64,000 bases of DNA from Macrostomum lignano. Taxonomy: Eukaryota. This document shows positions 54,601 through 64,000 of the stretch, in pieces (within the stretch, counting starts at the first letter, position 1; each line of letters opens with the position of its first letter). Both the position numbers and the translations under genes were made by a program. The notes beneath the pieces are model-generated. The model was not told the DNA's origin. It was given only the letters and a program-made list of their open reading frames with translations, and ran no database searches. The stretch is taken from contig NIVC01001671.1 of assembly GCA_002269645.1 (NCBI GenBank), positions 188,969 through 252,968 of the forward strand. The letters run 5' to 3'.

Positions 54601-57600
54601 TTGTCAGTGGCTATGGGTAACTTGTCAGTGGCGTATGGTAACTTGTCAGTGGCTATGGGTAACTTGTCAGTGTATGGTAACTTGTCAGTGGCTATGGGTA
54701 ACTTGTCAGTGGCTATGGGTAACTTGTCAGTGGCATGGGTAACTTGTCAGTGGCTGTGGGTAACTTGTCAGTGGCTATGGGTAACTTGTCAGTGGCTATG
54801 GGTAACTTGTCAGTGGCCATTGGTAACTTGTCAGTGGCTATGGGTAACTTGTCAGTGGCTGGGTAACTTGTCAGTGGTTGGGTAACTTGTCAGTGGCTGT
54901 GGGTAACTTGTCAGTGGCATGGTAACTTGTCAGTGGCTATGGGTAACTTGTCAGTGGCCATTGGTAACTTGTCAGTGGCTATGGGTAACTTGTCAGTGGC
55001 TGTGGGTAACTTGTCAGTGGCTATGGGTAACTTGTCAGTGGCTATGGGTAACTTGTCAGTGGCTATGGGTAACTTGTCAGTGGCTATGGGTAACTTGTCA
55101 GTGGCTATGGGTAACTTGTCAGTGGATGGGTAACTTGTCAGTGGCATGGGTAACTTGTCAGTGGCTGTGGGTAACTTGTCAGTGGCTATGGGTAACTTGT
55201 CAGTGGCTATGGGTAACTTGTCAGTGGCTATGGGTAACTTGTCAGTGGCTATGGGTAACTTGTCAGTGGCTGTGGGTAACTTGTCAGTGGCTATGGGTAA
55301 CTTGTCAGTGGCTATGGGTAACTTGTCAGTGGCATTGGTAACTTGTCAGTGGCTATGGGTAACTTGTCAGTGGCTGTGGGTAACTTGTCAGTGGTTGTGG
55401 GTAACTTGTCAGTGGCTGTGGGTAACTTGTCAGTGGCATGGTAACTTGTCAGTGGCTATGGGTAACTTGTCAGTGGCCATGGGTAACTTGTCAGTGGCTG
55501 TGGGTAACTTGTCAGTGGCTATGGGTAACTTGTCAGTGGCTATGGGTAACTTGTCAGTGGCCATTGGTAACTTGTCAGTGGCTATGGGTAACTTGTCAGT
55601 GGCTGTGGTAACTTGTCAGTGGTTGTGGTAACTTGTCAGTGGCTGTGGGTAACTTGTCAGTGGCATGGTAACTTGTCAGTGGCTATGGGTAACTTGTCAG
55701 TGGCTATGGGTAACTTGTCAGTGGCATTGTAACTTGTCAGTGGCTATGGGTAACTTGTCAGTGGCTGTGGGTAACTTGTCAGTGGCTATGGGTAACTTGT
55801 CAGTGGCTATGGGTAACTTGTCAGTGGCTTGGGTAACTTGTCAGTGGCTATGGGTAACTTGTCAGTGGCTATGGGTAACTTGTCAGTGGCTATGGGTAAC
55901 TTGTCAGTGGCATGGGTAACTTGTCAGTGGCTGTGGGTAACTTGTCAGTGGCTATGGGTAACTTGTCAGTGGTATGGGTAACTTGTCAGTGGCGGGTAAC
56001 TTGTCAGTGGCTGTGGGTAACTTGTCAGTGGCTATGGGTAACTTGTCAGTGGCTATGGGTAACTTGTCAGTGGCTTGGTAACTTGTCAGTGGCTATGGGT
56101 AACTTGTCAGTGGCTGTGGTAACTTGTCAGTGGCTGTGGGTAACTTGTCAGTGGTTGTGGGTAACTTGTCAGTGGCTGTGGGTAACTTGTCAGTGGCATG
56201 GTAACTTGTCAGTGGCTATGGGTAACTTGTCAGTGGCTATGGGTAACTTGTCAGTGGCTTGTAACTTGTCAGTGGCTATGGGTAACTTGTCAGTGGCTGT
56301 GGGTAACTTGTCAGTGGCTGTGGGTAACTTGTCAGTGGCTGTGGGTAACTTGTCAGTGGCATGGTAACTTGTCAGTGGCTGTGGGTAACTTGTCAGTGGT
56401 TGGGTAACTTGTCAGTGGCTGTGGGTAACTTGTCAGTGGCATGGGTAACTTGTCAGTGGCTATGGGTAACTTGTCAGTGGCTGTGGTTGTGGTAACTTGT
56501 CAGTGGCTATGGGTAACTTGTCAGTGGCTGTGGGTAACTTGTCAGTGGCATGGGTAACTTGTCAGTGGCTATGGTAACTTGTCAGTGGCTATGGGTAACT
56601 TGTCAGTGGCTGTGGGTAACTTGTCAGTGGTTGTGGGTAACTTGTCAGTGGCTGTGGGTAACTTGTCAGTGGCATGGCTAACTTGTCAGTGGCTATGGGT
56701 AACTTGTCAGTGGCTATGGGTAACTTGTCAGTGGCCATTGTAACTTGTCAGTGGCTATGGGTAACTTGTCAGTGGCTGTGGGTAACTTGTCAGTGGCTAT
56801 GGGTAACTTGTCAGTGGCTATGGGTAACTTGTCAGTGGCTATGGGTAACTTGTCAGTGGGTATGGGTAACTTGTCAGTGGCATGGGTAACTTGTCAGTGG
56901 CTGTGGGTAACTTGTCAGTGGCTATGGTAACTTGTCAGTGGCTATGGGTAACTTGTCAGTGGCTATGGTAACTTGTCAGTGGCTATGGGTAACTTGTCAG
57001 TGGCTGTGGGTAACTTGTCAGTGGCTATGGTAACTTGTCAGTGGCTGTGGGTAACTTGTCAGTGGTTGTGGGTAACTTGTCAGTGGCTGTGGGTAACTTG
57101 TCAGTGGCATGGGTAACTTGTCAGTGGCTATGGGTAACTTGTCAGTGGCATGGGTAACTTGTCAGTGGCTGTGGGTAACTTGTCAGTGGCTATGGGTAAC
57201 TTGTCAGTGGCTATGGGTAACTTGTCAGTGGCTGTGGGTAACTTGTCAGTGGTTGTGGTAACTTGTCAGTGGCTGTGGGTAACTTGTCAGTGGCATGGTA
57301 ACTTGTCAGTGGCTATGGGTAACTTGTCAGTGGTTGTGGGTAACTTGTCAGTGGTTGTGGGTAACTTGTCAGTGGCTATGGGTAACTTGTCAGTGGCTGT
57401 GGGTAACTTGTCAGTGGCATGGGTAACTTGTCAGTGGCTATGGTAACTTGTCAGTGGCTATGGGTAACTTGTCAGTGGCTGTGGGTAACTTGTCAGTGGC
57501 TGTGGGTAACTTGTCAGTGGCTATGGGTAACTTGTCAGTGGCTATGGGTAACTTGTCAGTGGCCATTGGTAACTTGTCAGTGGCTATGGGTAACTTGTCA

Positions 57601-60600
57601 GTGGCTGGGTAACTTGTCAGTGGCCATTGGTAACTTGTCAGTGGCTATGGGTAACTTGTCAGTGGCTGTGGGTAACTTGTCAGTGGTTGTGGTAACTTGT
57701 CAGTGGCTGTGGGTAACTTGTCAGTGGCATGGTAACTTGTCAGTGGCTATGGGTAACTTGTCAGTGGCCATGGGTAACTTGTCAGTGGCTGTGGGTAACT
57801 TGTCAGTGGCTATGGGTAACTTGTCAGTGGCTATGGGTAACTTGTCAGTGGCCATTGGTAACTTGTCAGTGGCTATGGTAACTTGTCAGTGGCTGTGGGT
57901 AACTTGTCAGTGGTTGTGGGTAACTTGTCAGTGGCTGTGGGTAACTTGTCAGTGGCTATGGGTAACTTGTCAGTGGCTATGGGTAACTTGTCAGTGGCCA
58001 TGGTAACTTGTCAGTGGCTATGGGTAACTTGTCAGTGGCTGTGGGTAACTTGTCAGTGGCTTGGGTAACTTGTCAGTGGCTGTGGGTAACTTGTCAGTGG
58101 CTATGGGTAACTTGTCAGTGGCTATGGGTAACTTGTCAGTGGCTATGGGTAACTTGTCAGTGGCTGTGGGTAACTTGTCAGTGGCTATGGGTAACTTGTC
58201 AGTGGCTATGGGTAACTTGTCAGTGGCATGGTAACTTGTCAGTGGCTATGGGTAACTTGTCAGTGGCTGTGGGTAACTTGTCAGTGGCTTGTGGGTAACT
58301 TGTCAGTGGCTGTGGGTAACTTGTCAGTGGCATGGCTAACTTGTCAGTGGCTATGGGTAACTTGTCAGTGGCTATGGGTAACTTGTCAGTGGCCATTGGT
58401 AACTTGTCAGTGGCTATGGGTAACTTGTCAGTGGCTGTGGGTAACTTGTCAGTGGCTATGGGTAACTTGTCAGTGGCTATGGTAACTTGTCAGTGGCTAT
58501 GGGTAACTTGTCAGTGGCTATGGGTAACTTGTCAGTGGCTATGGGTAACTTGTCAGTGGCTATGGGTAACTTGTCAGTGGCATGGGTAACTTGTCAGTGG
58601 CTGTGGGTAACTTGTCAGTGGCTATGGGTAACTTGTCAGTGTATGGGTAACTTGTCAGTGGCCATGGTAACTTGTCAGTGGCTGTGGGTAACTTGTCAGT
58701 GGCTATGGGTAACTTGTCAGTGGCTATGGGTAACTTGTCAGTGGCTTGGGTAACTTGTCAGTGGCTATGGGTAACTTGTCAGTGGCTGTGGGTAACTTGT
58801 CAGTGGCTGTGGGTAACTTGTCAGTGGTTGTGGGTAACTTGTCAGTGGCTGTGGGTAACTTGTCAGTGGCATGGCTAACTTGTCAGTGGCTATGGGTAAC
58901 TTGTCAGTGGCTATGGTAACTTGTCAGTGGCATTGTAACTTGTCAGTGGCTATGGGTAACTTGTCAGTGGCTGTGGGTAACTTGTCAGTGGCTGTGGGTA
59001 ACTTGTCAGTGGCTGTGGGTAACTTGTCAGTGGCATGGGTAACTTGTCAGTGGCTATGGGTAACTTGTCAGTGGTTGTGGTAACTTGTCAGTGGCTGTGG
59101 GTAACTTGTCAGTGGCATGGCTAACTTGTCAGTGGCTATGGGTAACTTGTCAGTGGTTGTGGGTAACTTGTCAGTGGTTGTGGTAACTTGTCAGTGGCTA
59201 TGGGTAACTTGTCAGTGGCTATGGCTAACTTGTCAGTCTATGGTAACTTGTCAGTGGCTATGGGTAACTTGTCAGTGGCTGTGGGTAACTTGTCAGTGGC
59301 TATGGGTAACTTGTCAGTGGCTGTGGTAACTTGTCAGTGGTTGTGGTAACTTGTCAGTGGCTATGGGTAACTTGTCAGTGGCTATGGGTAACTTGTCAGT
59401 GGCTATGGGTAACTTGTCAGTCGTATGGGTAACTTGTCAGTGGCTATGGTAACTTGTCAGTCGTTATGGGTAACTTGTCAGTGGCTATGGGTAACTTGTC
59501 AGTGGCTATGGGTAACTTGTCAGTGGCCATGGGTAACTTGTCAGTGGCTGTGGGTAACTTGTCAGTGGCTATGGGTAACTTGTCAGTGGCTATGGGTAAC
59601 TTGTCAGTGGCCATTGGTAACTTGTCAGTGGCTATGGGTAACTTGTCAGTGGCTGTGGGTAACTTGTCAGTGGTTGTGGTAACTTGTCAGTGGCTGTGGG
59701 TAACTTGTCAGTGGCATGGCTAACTTGTCAGTGGCTATGGGTAACTTGTCAGTGGCCATGTAACTTGTCAGTGGCTATGGGTAACTTGTCAGTGGCTGTG
59801 GGTAACTTGTCAGTGGCTATGGGTAACTTGTCAGTGGCTATGGGTAACTTGTCAGTGGCTATGGGTAACTTGTCAGTGGCTATGGGTAACTTGTCAGTGG
59901 CTATGGGTAACTTGTCAGTGGTATGGGTAACTTGTCAGTGGCCATGGTAACTTGTCAGTGGCTGTGGGTAACTTGTCAGTGGCTATGGGTAACTTGTCAG
60001 TGGCTATGGTAACTTGTCAGTGGCTATGGGTAACTTGTCAGTGGCCATGGGTAACTTGTCAGTGGCTGTGGTAACTTGTCAGTGGCTATGGTAACTTGTC
60101 AGTGGCTATGGGTAACTTGTCAGTGGCCATTGGTAACTTGTCAGTGGCTATGGGTAACTTGTCAGTGGCTGTGGGTAACTTGTCAGTGGTTGTGGGTAAC
60201 TTGTCAGTGGCTGTGGGTAACTTGTCAGTGGGCATGGCTAACTTGTCAGTGGCTATGGGTAACTTGTCAGTGGCCATGGTAACTTGTCAGTGGCTGTGGG
60301 TAACTTGTCAGTGGCTATGGTAACTTGTCAGTGGCTATGGGTAACTTGTCAGTGGCCATTGGTAACTTGTCAGTGGCTATGGGTAACTTGTCAGTGGCTG
60401 TGGGTAACTTGTCAGTGGTTGTGGGTAACTTGTCAGTGGCTGTGGGTAACTTGTCAGTAGGCATGGCTAACTTGTCAGTGGCTATGGGTAACTTGTCAGT
60501 GGCTATGGGTAACTTGTCAGTGGCCATTAGTAACTTGTCAGTGGCTATGGGTAACTTGTCAGTGGCTGTGGGTAACTTGTCAGTGGCTATGGGTAACTTG

Positions 60601-63600
60601 TCAGTGGCTATGGGTAACTTGTCAGTGGCTATGGTTACTTGTCAGTGGCTATGGTAACTTGTCAGTGGCTATGGGTAACTTGTCAGTGGCTATGGGTAAC
60701 TTGTCAGTGGCCATGGGTAACTTGTCAGTGGCTGTGGGTAACTTGTCAGTGGCTATGGGTAACTTGTCAGTGGTATGGTAACTTGTCAGTGGCCATGGTA
60801 ACTTGTCAGTGGCTGTGGGTAACTTGTCAGTGGCTATGGTAACTTGTCAGTGGCTATGGGTAACTTGTCAGTGGCCATTGGTAACTTGTCAGTGGCTATG
60901 GGTAACTTGTCAGTGGCTGTGGGTAACTTGTCAGTGGCTGTGGGTAACTTGTCAGTGGTTGTGGGTAACTTGTCAGTGGCTGTGGGTAACTTGTCAGTAG
61001 GCATGGCTAACTTGTCAGTGGCTATGGGTAACTTGTCAGTGGCTATGGGTAACTTGTCAGTGGCCATTAGTAACTTGTCAGTGGCTATGGGTAACTTGTC
61101 AGTGGCTGTGGGTAACTTGTCAGTGGCTGTGGGTAATTGTCAGTGGCTGTGGGTAACTTGTCAGTAGGCATGGCTAACTTGTCAGTGGCTATGGGTAACT
61201 TGTCAGTGGTTGTGGTAACTTGTCAGTGGCTGTGGTAACTTGTCAGTAGGCATGGCTAACTTGTCAGTGGCTATGGGTAACTTGTCAGTGGTTGTGGGTA
61301 ACTTGTCAGTGGTTGTGGTAACTTGTCAGTGGCTATGGGTAACTTGTCAGTGGCTGTGGTAACTTGTCAGTGGGCATGGGTAACTTGTCAGTGGCTATGA
61401 GTAACTTGTCAGTGGCTATGGGTAACTTGTCAGTGGCTGTGGGTAACTTGTCAGTGGTTGTGGGTAACTTGTCAGTGGCTGTGGGTAACTTGTCAGTAGG
61501 CATGGCTAACTTGTCAGTGGCTATGGGTAACTTGTCAGTGGCTATGGGTAACTTGTCAGTGGCCATTAGTAACTTGTCAGTGGCTATGGGTAACTTGTCA
61601 GTGGCTGTGGGTAACTTGTCAGTGGCTATGGGTTACTTGTCAGTGGCTATGGGTAACTTGTCAGTGGCTATGGGTAACTTGTCAGTGGGTATGGGTAACT
61701 TGTCAGTGGCCATGGGTAACTTGTCAGTGGCTGTGGGTAACTTGTCAGTGGCTATGGGTAACTTGTCAGTGGCTATGGGTAACTTGTCAGTGGGTATGGG
61801 TAACTTGTCAGTGGCCATGGGTAACTTGTCAGTGGCTGTGGGTAACTTGTCAGTGGCTATGGGTAACTTGTCAGTGGCTGTGGGTAACTTGTCAGTGGTT
61901 GTGGGTAACTTGTCAGTGGCTGTGGGTAACTTGTCAGTAGGCATGGCTAACTTGTCAGTGGCTATGGGTAACTTGTCAGTGGCCATGGGTAACTTGTCAG
62001 TGGCTGTGGGTAACTTGTCAGTGGCTATGGGTAACTTGTCAGTGGCTATGGGTAACTTGTCAGTGGCTGTGGGTAACTTGTCAGTGGCTATGGGTTACTT
62101 GTCAGTGGCTGTGGGTAACTTGTCAGTAGGCATGGCTAACTTGTCAGTGGCTATGGGTAACTTGTCAGTGGTTGTGGGTAACTTGTCAGTGGTTGTGGGT
62201 AACTTGTCAGTGGCTATGGGTAACTTGTCAGTGGCTGTGGGTAACTTGTCAGTGGGCATGGGTAACTTGTCAGTGGCTATGAGTAACTTGTCAGTGGCTA
62301 TGGGTAACTTGTCAGTGGCTGTGGGTAACTTGTCAGTGGCTGTGGGTAACTTGTCAGTGGCTATGGGTAACTTGTCAGTGGCTATGGGTAACTTGTCAGT
62401 GGCATTGGTAACTTGTCAGTGGCTATGGGTAACTGTCAGTGGGTGGGTAACTTGTCAGTGGCTTGGCTAACTTGTCAGTGGCTATGGTAACTTGTAGTGG
62501 CTGTGGTAACTTGTCAGTGTTTATTGTTGTGGGTAACTTGTCAGTGGCTATGGGTAACTTGTCAGTGCATGGCTAACTTGTCAGTGGCTATGGGTAACTT
62601 GTCAGTGGCCATGGGTAACTTGTCAGTGGCTGTGGGTAACTTGTCAGTGGCTATGGGTAACTTGTCAGTGGCTATGGGTAACTTGTCAGTGGCATGGTAA
62701 CTTGTCAGTGGCTATGGTAACTTGTCAGTGGCTGTGGGTAACTTGTCAGTGGTTGTGGTAACTTGTCAGTGGCTGTGGGTAACTTGTCAGTGGCTGTGGG
62801 TAACTTGTCAGTGGCATGGGTAACTTGTCAGTGGCCATTGGTAACTTGTCAGTGGCTATGGGTAACTTGTCAGTGGCTGTGGGTAACTTGTCAGTGGTTG
62901 TGGGTAACTTGTCAGTGGCTGTGGGTAACTTGTCAGTGGCATGGCTAACTTGTCAGTGGCTATGGGTAACTTGTCAGTGGCCATGGGTAACTTGTCAGTG
63001 GCCTGTGGGTAACTTGTCAGTGGCTATGGTAACTTGTCAGTGGCTATGGGTAACTTGTCAGTGGCATTGGTAACTTGTCAGTGGCTATGGGTAACTTGTC
63101 AGTGGCTGGGTAACTTGTCAGTGGTTGTGGTAACTTGTCAGTGGCTGTGGGTAACTTGTCAGTGGCATTGGTAACTTGTCAGTGGCTATGGTAACTTGTC
63201 AGTGGCTATGTAACTTGTCAGTGGCCATTGTAACTTGTCAGTGGCTATGGGTAACTTGTCAGTGGCTGTGGGTAACTGTCAGTGGCTATGGGTAACTTGT
63301 CAGTGCTATGGGTAACTTGTCAGTGGCTATGGGTACTTGTCAGTGGTATGGGTAACTTGTCAGTGGCTATGGGTAACTTGTCAGTGGCTATGGGTAACTT
63401 GTCAGTGGCCATGGTAACTTGTCAGTGGCTGTGGGTAACTTGTCAGTGGCTTGGGTAACTTGTCAGTGGGTATGGTAACTTTGTCAGTGGCCATGGGTAA
63501 CTTGTCAGTGGCTGTGGGTAACTTGTCAGTGGCTATGGGTAAACTTGTCAGTGCTATGGGTAACTTGTCCAGTGGCATTGGTAACTTGTCAGTGGCTATG

Positions 63601-64000
63601 GGTAACTTGTCAGTGGCTGTGGGTAACTTGTCAGTGGCTGTGGGTAACTTGTCAGTGGTTGGGTAACTTGTCAGTGGCTGTGGGTAACTTGTCAGTAGGC
63701 ATGGCTAACTTGTCAGTGGCTATGGTAACTTGTCAGTGGCTATGGTAACTTGTCAGTGGCCATTAGTAACTTGTCAGTGGCTGTGGGTAACTTGTCAGTG
63801 GCTGTGGGTAACTTGTCAGTGGGCTGGGTAACTTGTCAGTGGCTGTGGGTAACTTGTCAGTGGCATGGTAACTTGTCAGTGGCTATGGGTAATTGTCAGT
63901 GGTTGTGGGTAACTTGTCAGTGGCTGTGGTAACTTGTCAGTGGCATGGCTAACTTGTCAGTGCTATGGTAACTTGTCAGTGGTTGTGGGTAACTTGTCAG
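48690..64000. repeat. 21-bp satellite GGGTAACTTGTCAGTGGCT(A/G)T, >15 kb, roughly 700+ copies, runs off the window
   Basis: Direct reading; source of all MGNLSVA/VTCQWLW/ATDKLP ORFs. Confidence 0.98.

Noticed and set aside
49041-63932. 1015-aa and many other long ORFs (MGNLSVA / VTCQWLW / ATDKLP repeats)
   Set aside because: Translations of a stop-free 21-bp satellite; open in several frames on both strands, with no splice or domain context.

Overview
Eukaryotic (animal) genomic DNA, not prokaryotic: spliced genes whose introns and spacers each carry their own minisatellite. The style suggests a free-living flatworm such as Macrostomum (inference only; no search was possible). Seven genes can be reconstructed with intact GT-AG junctions and consistent phases. 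They are the 3' part of an alpha7-like nicotinic acetylcholine receptor (+), a J-domain-less RJL-type small GTPase (+), RBM48 (-), an effector caspase (-), a four-module CCN protein (+), a RING/B-box/coiled-coil/propeller TRIM-like protein (+) and NDOR1 (-). A 21-bp satellite fills the last ~15 kb. Best candidate for a new system: the nAChR gene has two consecutive pairs of duplicated, same-length, same-phase exons (195 nt loop C+M1 twice, then 87 nt M2 twice), a 2x2 mutually exclusive cassette that could swap a ligand-binding aromatic and pore-lining residues independently. Second: RBM48 has no visible start codon and opens at a phase-0 acceptor downstream of the caspase, as expected if a flatworm spliced leader ending in AUG supplies the Met in an operon. 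The long ORFs inside repeats are artefacts.
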